Source of the DNA: a virus
Taxonomy: Duplodnaviria > Heunggongvirae > Uroviricota > Caudoviricetes
Strand: one strand, 5' to 3'
Length of the DNA: 64,000 bases
IMG/VR virus record: IMGVR_UViG_3300036771_000024
Span: 55,392 to 119,391 of that record
Below are positions 55,718-64,000 of this stretch, one piece after another. The position numbers were made by a program, and so were the translations under genes. Each line of letters begins with the position of its first letter. Position 1 is the stretch's first letter. The notes under the pieces are model-generated. The model was given only the letters and a program-made list of their open reading frames with translations, had not been told where the DNA came from and did no database searches.

Positions 55718-55740
55718 CCTGCTTGTCTCCTGGCAAGCAG
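55718..55740 (-). promoter_or_regulatory. conserved dyad motif copy 5 (minus strand: CTGCTTGCCAGGAGACAAGCAG) 7 nt upstream of RBS
   Basis: Read from sequence. Confidence 0.5.
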
Positions 55741-55804
55741 AGCGGCCACATTCCCCCCACTGGCGGAAATCCGGGGAATGCGACCGCTCCTCCTGGCAGG
55801 AACC

Positions 55805-56290
55805 TTAGCGGTCCCGGTCCGGCTTGACATTCCGGTTCCGGTCCTTTGACCGGCGCTGGTCACGCTCGTACTGGCCGATGTTGTCCCACGACACCCCGGC
55901 GCAGCATGCCGTGACGATCGCTGCGATACAGATCGCGATCCCGATGACGAGGAACGCCGCGGTCAGCGCGTTGGAGAAGCTGTCACCGCTGTGTGCCAGC
56001 GCGGTGGAGGGTACAGCTGCGATGAATGCCCCGGCCAGGAACATACCGATGGTGACGGGCACCCACCGTTCGGGGATACCCCAGTCTCGCCTCTGCTGCG
56101 GCATCGGCGGCAGTGGCATACCGGACAGGGTGGAGTTGAGGATGCTCAGGCTGCGTGCTTCCATGAGCTGGGCGCGGAGCTGGTCCGCTTCGGCGCGGTT
56201 CTGGATGTACCCTTCCGCGAACAGGTAGTTCAGGTGGTCGAGGTATCGCTGACGGTCCGTATCGGACGCCCGCGTGACTTCACTTCCCAT
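55805..56290 (-). CDS. DUF1707-like membrane protein
   Basis: N-terminal RASDTDRQRYLDHLNYLFAEGYI (DUF1707/SHOCT-like) + two TM helices. Confidence 0.5.
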   Translation of the reverse strand: MGSEVTRASDTDRQRYLDHLNYLFAEGYIQNRAEADQLRAQLMEARSLSILNSTLSGMPLPPMPQQRRDWGIPERWVPVTIGMFLAGAFIAAVPSTALAHSGDSFSNALTAAFLVIGIAICIAAIVTACCAGVSWDNIGQYERDQRRSKDRNRNVKPDRDR

Positions 56291-56300
56291 AGTTCTCCTT

Positions 56301-57422
56301 CTAGGTGAGGGAAGCTGCGAGCGCAGCGACCCGTGGGAGCTGCTGGTACATGGCGAGCTGAGCAGCGGGGAACCTCGACTGGATCGGTACGAGACCCTCC
56401 GTCAGTCCCGCTGCGGTACCGATCTTGTACACGGTGGGGAGGCCGTCGATGGTGTCACCTTCGTTGGATTTCGCGACGGACATGCCGCCCACCCTGACGA
56501 TGAACTCTGCCGAGACCATGCAGGGCGCGGCACGGAACCCGGTTGCCATGATCACCAGGTCATACGCCAGCCCGTTGACCATCGCTGTGCCGCCCAGCGG
56601 GATCATGCTCCCGCGGACCGGGTACGGCCGGATAACCGACCTCTCGCTTTCGAGACTCTGAGGGAAATGCCGGGCTAGACCCGAGAACCGCGCATGGTAA
56701 AGCTGAGCCCACGTGTTCTTCGATACCGGCATCCGGTCGCCCCCGTACCAGTGGATCTCGTACGGTGGAGTGGCAGGTGCGTCGATGCCCTGCCCGAGCA
56801 TGTACGCGGCGCATTGTGCTGCGGTGTCCCCGCCACCCACCAGCGCGATCCGCTTGTTGTGCAGCTCGCGGGGCGGTTTCACCATGAAGTCATACCCGGA
56901 CATGACTGCCTTGCAGCCGCTGTAGTCGTTCCTGGGGATGAGTCCGCCAGCGAACAGGATCCGCTTCGCGGTTCCCAGGTTGGCCCCGTCTGCCCGGAGA
57001 ACCTGACCGGAACGCCTGAAGATGATCCCGGTGACACCGGTGTACACCTCGGCGTACTCGGCTAGCGTCTTAGCGATGGTGTTACGCATGTCCGTCGAGT
57101 GCGGGTACTCGTACGCTCCCACATCACGTACCTGGTACTCCGAGTTGGGAATCCAGTTCAGGTCATCGATCCGCGACCCGGACATCACCCGGCTCGGCCC
57201 GGGTGAGCGGATCGATTCCAGACCCGCCCAGTTCTGCGAGTTCATCTCGAACCCGAGCAGCTGGGCGAACATCCCGCCCGTTGCGAGGTTCTGCTCGAAC
57301 ACGAGCGGTGGTGCGAACCCCGCGGCGCGGCGGGTTGCGCAGTAGGCTGCGGCTGCTGGCCCAGACCCGAGGATGACCTCTCGTCCCCGGACGCTGATGC
57401 TATCGGGCAGCGTGCGTGCCAT
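56301..57422 (-). CDS. FAD/NAD(P)-binding oxidoreductase (flavoprotein monooxygenase/pyridine-nucleotide-disulfide oxidoreductase-like)
   Basis: Two Rossmann dinucleotide motifs: VILGSGPAAAAYC and IALVGGGDTAAQCAAY; start ATG at MARTLPD. Confidence 0.55.
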   Translation of the reverse strand: MARTLPDSISVRGREVILGSGPAAAAYCATRRAAGFAPPLVFEQNLATGGMFAQLLGFEMNSQNWAGLESIRSPGPSRVMSGSRIDDLNWIPNSEYQVRDVGAYEYPHSTDMRNTIAKTLAEYAEVYTGVTGIIFRRSGQVLRADGANLGTAKRILFAGGLIPRNDYSGCKAVMSGYDFMVKPPRELHNKRIALVGGGDTAAQCAAYMLGQGIDAPATPPYEIHWYGGDRMPVSKNTWAQLYHARFSGLARHFPQSLESERSVIRPYPVRGSMIPLGGTAMVNGLAYDLVIMATGFRAAPCMVSAEFIVRVGGMSVAKSNEGDTIDGLPTVYKIGTAAGLTEGLVPIQSRFPAAQLAMYQQLPRVAALAASLT

Positions 57423-57498
57423 GTTGTTCTCCTTCCGGTACTTTTTTCCTCTTCTGAGCAGAACGATGGGCATGGCCCCCTCCTTCTGCGTTGTATCG

Positions 57499-57520
57499 GC
57501 ACTTGCCTCCTGGCAAGCAG
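57499..57520 (-). promoter_or_regulatory. conserved dyad motif copy 1 (minus: CTGCTTGCCAGGAGGCAAGTG) ~55 nt upstream of oxidoreductase GTG/ATG, preceded by GC hairpin 57521-57560
   Basis: Read from sequence. Confidence 0.5.
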
Positions 57521-57570
57521 AAGCCGCCCGCACCCATCGGGGCGCGGACGGCTTCCTCCTGGCAGGATGC

Positions 57571-57834
57571 TCAGGATGCGGGCACTTCCGGTGCCCTGCG
57601 CTGCGCCACGTTCTGCGGTGGCATCGCAGCAGCGGCCTTGGTCATCGCGTCAGCAGCGGCACGCCACACGGGTGCCTTGTACCCGTCCGCTGCGCGGGCG
57701 AATTCCAGTGACGAGATGACCTTCTCGTACGGGACACCAGCCCGGAGCGCGACCAGGACCGCGTCGATCAGCTGGTTCGCCGGTGCGGTATCGGGGTCGC
57801 GCTTCTTGGTTTCCTTCGGTTCTCCAGCAGCCAT
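57571..57834 (-). CDS. hypothetical protein
   Basis: 87 aa. Confidence 0.4.
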   Translation of the reverse strand: MAAGEPKETKKRDPDTAPANQLIDAVLVALRAGVPYEKVISSLEFARAADGYKAPVWRAAADAMTKAAAAMPPQNVAQRRAPEVPAS

Positions 57835-57846
57835 CGCTGGTTCCTC

Positions 57847-58092
57847 CTACTCGACTTGTTCTACCTTGATGACGGTGGACGTGATGATCTCACGTCCGGG
57901 GAATCTGGGATCCATCAGCGGATACCAGATGTACAGCGGGTAACCTTCACCCGCCAGGCCAACCTCTGCGAACACGCCCCTTTCTGTCACGGTCGGGCCG
58001 GACCAGGGTGTGGCCTCTGTCCGCTCCCAGGTTTTCGCGTCGTAGTCGACGCGGTACACAGACCCGGTGAGCGTCGTGACCTTGACGATCAC
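57847..58092 (-). CDS. hypothetical protein
   Basis: GTG start overlapping upstream stop; C-terminal part of ORF-track 57847..58353. Confidence 0.35.
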   Translation of the reverse strand: MIVKVTTLTGSVYRVDYDAKTWERTEATPWSGPTVTERGVFAEVGLAGEGYPLYIWYPLMDPRFPGREIITSTVIKVEQVE

Positions 58093-58592
58093 GAGACCGA
58101 AGCTGGATCCGTTTCCGGGTCCTCGATCAGCGCGTCCAGGATGCGGATCAGCCGCAGCCGTTCCCGGATGGGACTGAACACGTACTTCGCCTGATCCGTG
58201 GTGAGCCCCATCCTGCCGCCCACCCACGTTTCCATCTGCTGCCACGTACCGTCCGGGAAGACGATCGTCGCACCGTCGATGAACGAACCCGGCGGTGCGG
58301 ACAGAACCGCACCCCACCCGCAGGCACACGCGGTGCTGCCGCACATCGGCCACGCCGCTTCCATGTCGGACGGTTCCGCGTTCATCGGCTTGTCCGCGTA
58401 CTGGCGGATCAGGTCGATGGGGATCTGCCCCCTGTGGCAGTTGATCTCGTCGGGGGTGAGCCAGTAGTTCCCGAGCCAGCGTTCCTGGTCGTGCCGGTCC
58501 GGGTTGTTCACCAGGATGTCCCGCACGCCAGCTATCAGGTCCCGCCCCTCAAGCACGGGCGCGACCGCTGCTGCGTGCGCGGTCTCAGTCAT
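58089..58592 (-). CDS. hypothetical protein
   Basis: 167 aa; AAGGGAG RBS. Confidence 0.5.
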   Translation of the reverse strand: MTETAHAAAVAPVLEGRDLIAGVRDILVNNPDRHDQERWLGNYWLTPDEINCHRGQIPIDLIRQYADKPMNAEPSDMEAAWPMCGSTACACGWGAVLSAPPGSFIDGATIVFPDGTWQQMETWVGGRMGLTTDQAKYVFSPIRERLRLIRILDALIEDPETDPASVS

Positions 58593-58605
58593 GGTGTCTC
58601 CCTTC

Positions 58606-58627
58606 TGCTTGTCTCTCTGGCAAGCGC
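58606..58627 (-). promoter_or_regulatory. conserved dyad motif copy 2 (minus: CGCTTGCCAGAGAGACAAGCAG) directly upstream of RBS AAGGGAG; preceded by terminator hairpin 58631-58663 + TTTTG
   Basis: Read from sequence. Confidence 0.55.
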
Positions 58628-58718
58628 AAAACCGCCCCCGCCCATCGTGCGGGCGGGGGCGGCATGCGCACGTCAGGATCCAGTGGTCAGGATCGTGATA
58701 TTGCCGTGCTGGTCCCTG

Positions 58719-58958
58719 CTACCTGGCGCGCCGGGCGCGACCTCCGTCGGTGAAGCCGACCTGGTAGATCAGCTCCATCCCGAACCCGATCACGGCGATG
58801 GGCTCGTCGTTCTCCATCTGCTGACGGATGTACTCCCTCAGCTTGTCCTGGATCAGGTCCAGGAAGACGGGGACCGCTTCGGAGTCGAACGACTCCTCCG
58901 ACGGGGGCATCGCCATGATGTCCTCGGGGCTGACCTCCGTGTCGGTGTCTGATGCCAT
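58719..58958 (-). CDS. hypothetical acidic protein
   Basis: 79 aa. Confidence 0.4.
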   Translation of the reverse strand: MASDTDTEVSPEDIMAMPPSEESFDSEAVPVFLDLIQDKLREYIRQQMENDEPIAVIGFGMELIYQVGFTDGGRARRAR

Positions 58959-58970
58959 GACTGGTTCTCC

Positions 58971-60548
58971 TTACTGCGCCGTGACGGCGCTGTTGTCGGG
59001 CTTCTTGGTGAAGTCGATCCGGTAGCCCTCTTCGCTGGACACCATGGTCCCCTTGGTGGCGAGGATGGCGTTAGCGGCGGCCTGCTGGATCTGCACGTCG
59101 ATCGTGGTGAGGTCGTGATCGCCGTGGTGCGCGTTCTCCATGAGTTCCAGGTGGGACTTCATGCCGAGAGCAGCGTCGACCAGGTCCGCGGTGTGGATCT
59201 GGCTGGGCTTGCCCTCGTTCCTGCTGATGGAATACCGCACGGCCCGCTGAGCGGCCTCAGCAGCGAACGCGGGCAGGAACCCCTCGTACGCCGCTGCGAC
59301 CTGGGTGAAGTTGATCTCCTCGGCGAGGTTCTCGCCGACGAGGACCTTGACGAGCCTTTCGTACCCGTCAGCGTCCAGGGAGCCGACCGGGATCACCGCG
59401 TCGAGCCTTCCCGGGCGGATGACGGACTTGTCGAGCTTCCCGGCGAAGTTCGACGTGAACCCGGCCATGACCTCGGCACCCTTGGCCTGGACCCCGTCGA
59501 GCAGGTCCAGGACCTTCGCGATGGCCTTGCGGCCCTCGACCTGGGAGATACCTGCGGAGGCGATCACGTCGAGGTCTTCGACCCAGACGACCGCCGGTGC
59601 GTACATCTTCGCCGTGTTCAGCGCTGCGAACGGGTCGTCACCGGCCCTGACGAGGATGAACGTCCACCCGTGCTGCTCCGCGATCTGCGCGGTGAGCAGG
59701 CCCGCGAGGGTCTTACCGGTCCCGTTCGGGCCTTCGAGCAGCACGGCGCGCTTCAGCGGCAGGTCCGCGTCACGCATCGCCTCGGTGTACTGCATCGGGG
59801 CCCACAGGTTCACCTTGAGCTGCTCCAGCACCTCGGGCCGGTAGATGACCTTCCGCGGGTCGATCCCGCTGGTGTCCACGAACTGCGGCTCCTCGGGGTG
59901 AGCGGTGATCGCCTTCCCCTTGTAGATCGAAGCGGTTTGCAGTTCGTCGGTGATGACACTGAAGAACCCGTCGATCCGGGCCTTGTGCTTCTTCGGCGCG
60001 GTCACGGAGATCTGGAACACGACCCCGTACTCGTCGCTCATGGTCGCGCCGAGGATGAACGACGCGTTCAGGAGCGAGAAGTTGACCTTCCCCCACGGGA
60101 CTTGCAGGGTCTTGCCCCTGGGGCCGGCCGGGACGGACCTGTACTGCGGGGGCTGCTTACCGAAGATGCTGTACTGCGCCTTGCCGATGCCGGTGGTGCC
60201 GAACACCCGCTTCATTGCCCTGCTGAACGCAGCGGCTCCGTCTGCGGGCTTGAACGGGAACGTGCCGACGAACTCGTACTCCGCGTTCTGCTGCTCGTCC
60301 CATTCCTGGAGGAAATCGACAACCTCATCGATCTTCCCCTCCATCTGCTTCGGCAGGATGAACTGCGTCCCGTCGAACACGAGGCTGTCCTCGGTGACGT
60401 TCCTCTCACCGAGAGCATCCAGCTTTTCGAGCAGCGAAGCTGTGATCTTCTCCTGCTCCGTCATGGGACGGTTCGCCCGGGCCAGTGCCCGTTCGGCGGC
60501 GCGTTCCATCGACTTGTTACCGTTGGACCGTGTCCTGGTCGTAGCCAC
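58971..60548 (-). CDS. AAA+ family ATPase with ~280-aa N-terminal domain
   Basis: Walker A LLEGPNGTGKT, Walker B VVWVEDLD, sensor/Arg-finger region TSNFAGKLDKSVIRPGRLD (classic AAA clade); GTG start with GAAGGGAG RBS. Confidence 0.65.
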   Translation of the reverse strand: MATTRTRSNGNKSMERAAERALARANRPMTEQEKITASLLEKLDALGERNVTEDSLVFDGTQFILPKQMEGKIDEVVDFLQEWDEQQNAEYEFVGTFPFKPADGAAAFSRAMKRVFGTTGIGKAQYSIFGKQPPQYRSVPAGPRGKTLQVPWGKVNFSLLNASFILGATMSDEYGVVFQISVTAPKKHKARIDGFFSVITDELQTASIYKGKAITAHPEEPQFVDTSGIDPRKVIYRPEVLEQLKVNLWAPMQYTEAMRDADLPLKRAVLLEGPNGTGKTLAGLLTAQIAEQHGWTFILVRAGDDPFAALNTAKMYAPAVVWVEDLDVIASAGISQVEGRKAIAKVLDLLDGVQAKGAEVMAGFTSNFAGKLDKSVIRPGRLDAVIPVGSLDADGYERLVKVLVGENLAEEINFTQVAAAYEGFLPAFAAEAAQRAVRYSISRNEGKPSQIHTADLVDAALGMKSHLELMENAHHGDHDLTTIDVQIQQAAANAILATKGTMVSSEEGYRIDFTKKPDNSAVTAQ

Positions 60549-60572
60549 TTATGTGGCTCCCTTCGTTGGGTG

Positions 60573-60596
60573 CTTCTGCCTGCCTCTTGACAAGCG
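60573..60596 (-). promoter_or_regulatory. conserved dyad motif copy 3 (minus: CGCTTGTCAAGAGGCAGGCAGAAG) upstream of AAA ATPase gene; preceded by hairpin 60601-60627 + TTTAC
   Basis: Read from sequence. Confidence 0.5.
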
Positions 60597-60874
60597 TAAA
60601 CGCCCCGGGACCATGGGCCCCGGGGCGATGCGCATGACAGGATCCGGGTCATGCACCCTTGTTCGTGAGGTAATTGAAGCACTTCTTGCAGTACCCGCCG
60701 AGATTCAGCGCTCTTTTCTTTCCGCACCGTATACAGCGGTGCTTTTGCCTAGATCCCTTGCGTATCCCCATATCGGGTCCTCCTCGGCTTCCGCTTTCTT
60801 GCGTGTCTTGCGTTCGTCGTACAGGGCGTAGGCCACCGACGCGACCGACGCTATCGTGAATATGATGATGTAGA

Positions 60875-61090
60875 TCATGCGGCTGCGTCCACGGCCAGGT
60901 GGTGACCTGCCGCGGCGCACGCACACGTCCATGTCCCTTCCGGGTTTTCCTTGGTGCGCCTGGTGTACCCAGCGCGAGTACCCGGGCAGTTATGACCGAT
61001 GTCGTAGCACCGGTTCGGGTCACCGTCATGACCGGGGCCGCAGAAACCGCACGGTAGCGGTGGCGGTGGTGGTTCATCCGCTTTCTTCAC
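60875..61090 (-). CDS. Cys-rich small protein
   Basis: CGFCGPGHDGDPNRCYDIGHNCPG...CAC. Confidence 0.3.
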   Translation of the reverse strand: MKKADEPPPPPLPCGFCGPGHDGDPNRCYDIGHNCPGTRAGYTRRTKENPEGTWTCACAAAGHHLAVDAAA

Positions 61091-61129
61091 GATCCCGCCT
61101 CCTTCCTTCGGGGGATGCCGGGAGGGATC

Positions 61130-61330
61130 TCAGCGCACGCGGATGACTTCTGTCAGCTCCCATCCGTGCGGGTGTACCTCTTGACAGGCTTTCCACGCCG
61201 CGTGCTCGCTGGATTGCGCCCGCACCCATACCGTACGGTCGACTGGGCCTGAGTCGTTGTCACCAAGCTGCTCGTACAGGACCTTGTACAGGCCCATGTC
61301 AGCCGGGGGGATGCTGGCGACACCCATCAC
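61130..61330 (-). CDS. hypothetical protein
   Basis: 66 aa. Confidence 0.4.
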   Translation of the reverse strand: MMGVASIPPADMGLYKVLYEQLGDNDSGPVDRTVWVRAQSSEHAAWKACQEVHPHGWELTEVIRVR

Positions 61331-61989
61331 ACACCAGCAGGGTTCAGCTTGGCTGACACCTTCCCGACCAGAACCGTGCCCTGGTTGAGGTGCCGCGTGG
61401 CGGACGTGAAGTCGTCGGACTGCATGTCGGTGCCGGCCGCTGCGTACTGCCGCATCGCAGCGGAATACTCGGCTGTGCCGATCGGTGGCGGGGTGCCGGC
61501 CGCTGCGTTCGCGTCGCGTGTCAGCTGAGCACCATCCTGCTCGACCGCTGCGACATCCTGCGCGGACGCGTCCTGGCTGACGTTCGACACGTCAGTCTTC
61601 ACGGCCAGCAGGTTGTCATACCCGGGACCTGTGATCCACGTCAGCACCGAACCAGACCCGGTTGCAGCTTCTGGCGTGTTCGTGGTAGCCACGGCAGACG
61701 GCGTGTTACGCGGTGCCGGTGCCGTGGCCGCCTTGTGTCCGCCACCAGCCGCGAGGCTGATAGCGGTGATGCCGATGGCCACCACGACGGTACCGCCGAT
61801 GATGTTACGCGGCCTGTACCAGTGATGCACGGGCTGTACTACTGGCAGCCCGTCCGGGCTGGTGGTGGCTGGATCCCCTTCCTGGGGGTGCTGGCGGTGG
61901 TATTCGTCGCAGGCCGGGCACTGACCCGGCGGCTTGATGTCCCGCGTCATGTGGTTGTGCTGTGGGCGCGGCTGCTCTGGTGGTTGCAT
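61327..61989 (-). CDS. membrane-anchored protein (N-terminal CPACDEYH motif, one TM, extracytoplasmic domain)
   Basis: TM GGTVVVAIGITAISLAAGG; GAGGAGG RBS. Confidence 0.5.
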   Translation of the reverse strand: MQPPEQPRPQHNHMTRDIKPPGQCPACDEYHRQHPQEGDPATTSPDGLPVVQPVHHWYRPRNIIGGTVVVAIGITAISLAAGGGHKAATAPAPRNTPSAVATTNTPEAATGSGSVLTWITGPGYDNLLAVKTDVSNVSQDASAQDVAAVEQDGAQLTRDANAAAGTPPPIGTAEYSAAMRQYAAAGTDMQSDDFTSATRHLNQGTVLVGKVSAKLNPAGV

Positions 61990-62011
61990 GATTCCTCCTC
62001 ATGTTTTTGTG

Positions 62012-62032
62012 CGTTGCCTTCCCTGGCAAGCG
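62012..62032 (-). promoter_or_regulatory. conserved dyad motif copy 4 (minus: CGCTTGCCAGGGAAGGCAACG) 20 nt upstream of start at 61989; preceded by hairpin 62037-62062
   Basis: Read from sequence. Confidence 0.5.
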
Positions 62033-62078
62033 GGCCGTGCAGCACCATGCTGGGTGCTGCACCGCCCCCACGGCAGGG

Positions 62079-62618
62079 TCAGGTCCCGACGTACAGGTGG
62101 TGGGGCAGGATGTTCAGCGTGTACGTGTCGAAGAACGCATCCATGGACCCGGCGAGAGCACCGCAGTGCCAGTAGATGTGAGCTGCGAGGATCTCCCACA
62201 CGGAACCGCCGGTGGTCAGCGTAGCGGGCACACCCCGAGGTGGCGGTGCGTCCCACTGGTCGAATCGGCTGAGGACCGTCAGGGCCTTGACGACCGCCTG
62301 ACGGAACCGCAGCAGCAGCTCCTGCTTCCCGTAGTTCTCCCGCTCTACTGCCACCGCCTTGCTGAGCGGACCCGGGGCGGTGACAGAGGTCTCGTTGAAT
62401 ACGCGGTGGAAACCCTCGTCCAGCAATAGCGCACCGTCATCGAACCACGATGAGAACAGGTCAGCCACGCACGCGAGGTGCCCGACGGTCCAGGCTGCTG
62501 AGAACCCGTCCTGGTTCTCACGGAAGAACAAGCTGTCGGGCAGCGGTTCCATGGCGAGAATCAGCGTCTCACCGCTTCGCATGATCTGGCGGGTGACCAG
62601 ATCGTTGGGTGTGGTCAT
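62079..62618 (-). CDS. DinB/YfiT-like (mycothiol-dependent maleylpyruvate isomerase N-terminal domain-like) protein
   Basis: WTVGHLACVADLF and HIYWHCGALAGSMD His-containing helices typical of DinB_2 fold. Confidence 0.45.
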   Translation of the reverse strand: MTTPNDLVTRQIMRSGETLILAMEPLPDSLFFRENQDGFSAAWTVGHLACVADLFSSWFDDGALLLDEGFHRVFNETSVTAPGPLSKAVAVERENYGKQELLLRFRQAVVKALTVLSRFDQWDAPPPRGVPATLTTGGSVWEILAAHIYWHCGALAGSMDAFFDTYTLNILPHHLYVGT

Positions 62619-62764
62619 GATGATCTCCTATCCTGTGCATCTGACATGGCAGCCACGGTTGTGGTTGCCGCAGTGCTTACCCGCGCGGCACTTGAAATGC
62701 CACCACGTCTTGTATTCGCAGCGGCACGAACAGGACCGCAGCCTGCACCGCCGGTCGGCTGGCA

Positions 62765-63007
62765 TCAGGTCCCCTTATCTGGCGGGGTCCAGCCGGGTGG
62801 CATCAGGAACGCCTGCCACGTGTCGTTACGTGACTTCTTCCCCCACCTCGCCATCCGCGTGTACACGAAGATCCCCTCGATGCCGTTACGTTCAGCGGCT
62901 ATCTCAACGTGGACCATGTACCCTTCGAGCTGGGTGAGCTGGTCAAGCGGGAACGATACGATGAACGTGCCCTTGCGGGCCTCCACCGGGTCAATAGGTC
63001 CTATCAT
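62765..63007 (-). CDS. hypothetical protein
   Basis: 80 aa. Confidence 0.4.
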   Translation of the reverse strand: MIGPIDPVEARKGTFIVSFPLDQLTQLEGYMVHVEIAAERNGIEGIFVYTRMARWGKKSRNDTWQAFLMPPGWTPPDKGT

Positions 63008-63083
63008 TGCCCTGCCTTCTCAATGTGGTGCTGACATGCAACAGCGCCACCCACACTACGGGTGCGGGTGGCGCTGCAACAGG

Positions 63084-63509
63084 TCATACCTCGTGCTGGT
63101 CGGTGGTGAACTCCGCGTACACCTTCGCCGCGAACTCCATCACCGCGGGTATGGCGTCTTCGGGGGAACAGTCGTGCGCCTCGATCAGGTCCTTCACGAG
63201 GATCCGCGTGACGATCTCCACGAATCGCTCCAGGGAGCCTGCCTGCTCGACGGTGTACGCCAGCGCATCCCTGTACGCCTCGGGGGACATGAACGCAGCG
63301 GGCGGGTCGTCGTACGACAGGTGCCGCAGTTCACCGCCACCTTCGCCCAGCTGGACCATGAACCCGAAAGCCCTGGGTCCTCCCTCCGCACCGGGCAGTT
63401 CCTGCTGCTGACCGGGCCACGGCTCGAACTGGTGCGTACGCACCACGTTGCCGTCCTTGTCGAGCTTGATGAACGTTGACGGGATCCGCTGCTCGGGTTC
63501 GTCAGACAT
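63084..63509 (-). CDS. hypothetical acidic protein
   Basis: 141 aa. Confidence 0.45.
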   Translation of the reverse strand: MSDEPEQRIPSTFIKLDKDGNVVRTHQFEPWPGQQQELPGAEGGPRAFGFMVQLGEGGGELRHLSYDDPPAAFMSPEAYRDALAYTVEQAGSLERFVEIVTRILVKDLIEAHDCSPEDAIPAVMEFAAKVYAEFTTDQHEV

Positions 63510-63522
63510 GGTGGTGCTCCTT

Positions 63523-63945
63523 CTAGGGTGTGTAGATTACTTCGATGATCCCGGCGGGCTGGTTTTCCGTCGAGACGTGGCCGAGTTCCCGCCACCCGAG
63601 GTGCGTGGTGCGACGGTACACCTTGCCGTCCGCAGCTACCCCGATGGTGCCGGGCTTGTAGACCTGGCGGTGTTCCCGCATGTCCTTGATCAGGCGGTCG
63701 GGGGGGACCACGCCGATGCGGTTGTAGCTGGCCCTGATCTCACCGTAGGTGAACATCTCGGCTTCCTGCTTGAGCTGCTCGTCCACGTGCCGCATGACCG
63801 CGTCGGCCATGTCGAACGTGTACCGGTACGGGAACGTGATTTCCCCCGTGAATGCTGTCTCCTTGACTAGCGCCGCGAGAGCGTCACGGAGCTGGTTGCG
63901 GCTGATGAGCCTGTCACCACCGGGTGTGGACCGTACTTCGTCCAT
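63523..63945 (-). CDS. hypothetical protein
   Basis: 140 aa. Confidence 0.45.
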   Translation of the reverse strand: MDEVRSTPGGDRLISRNQLRDALAALVKETAFTGEITFPYRYTFDMADAVMRHVDEQLKQEAEMFTYGEIRASYNRIGVVPPDRLIKDMREHRQVYKPGTIGVAADGKVYRRTTHLGWRELGHVSTENQPAGIIEVIYTP

Positions 63946-64000
63946 GATTCCTTCCTTTCCTGGTGCTGGTGCTGGGGTGCGGCCCCGGGCTGGGACGGCC

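Noticed and set aside
59115-60590. 491-aa plus-strand ORF
   Set aside because: Antisense to the AAA+ ATPase gene, which has Walker A/B motifs.
1-64000. CRISPR arrays, rRNA genes, integrase/transposase, IS elements
   Set aside because: No direct-repeat/spacer periodicity, no rRNA-like conserved stretches, and no tyrosine/serine recombinase or DDE motifs recognised in any frame within this window.

Overview
This is a 64-kb segment of a high-GC (~65-67%) tailed phage or prophage of an actinobacterial host. No rRNA, CRISPR array, integrase or transposase was recognised. Positions 1-17.9 kb (+ strand) hold a virion structural module. It starts with a 5'-truncated protein built from ~20-aa 'AGIPTATG' tandem repeats with an S/T-rich tail. 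It then encodes a head-tail connector, a truncated UDP-glucose-dehydrogenase-family enzyme and a GT-B glycosyltransferase among the structural genes, a putative major tail protein, and tail assembly chaperones with a probable -1 frameshift. A 1833-aa tape measure protein, a 1080-aa minor tail protein, a GT2 glycosyltransferase and small membrane (holin-like) proteins follow. Positions 17.4-20.7 kb carry cell-wall enzymes (a putative peptidase, a secreted LysM + Rpf-like transglycosylase, a secreted NlpC/P60) and a convergent secreted ricin-B-lectin protein. Positions 20.9-38.9 kb (mostly + strand) hold regulatory and accessory genes: ParB-like, a sigma-r4-like HTH regulator, a CCHC zinc knuckle, a SAM methyltransferase, an HNH endonuclease, a cluster of tRNA-derived fragments including permuted tRNA halves, and Lsr2. 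They also hold divergent HTH regulators, a RecT plus Cas4/RecB-like exonuclease recombination pair, a GH25 endolysin, and a second GT2 preceded by a 3x33-bp tandem repeat. Positions 38.9-64 kb (- strand) are a dense run of small genes. These include an SPFH-like membrane protein, Lys-rich and acidic proteins, tandem paralogous zinc-ribbon microproteins, a second Lsr2-like gene, an FAD/NAD(P) oxidoreductase, an AAA+ ATPase and a DinB-like protein. Five operon starts in this run are each preceded by a conserved dyad motif (CTGCTTGCC-N3-6-GGCAAGCAG) lying just after a GC-rich terminator hairpin. Most systems-level candidates are the virion-glycosylation gene set, the permuted tRNA halves, and the operon-start dyad motif. 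Coordinates refined by hand may be off by 1-3 nt.
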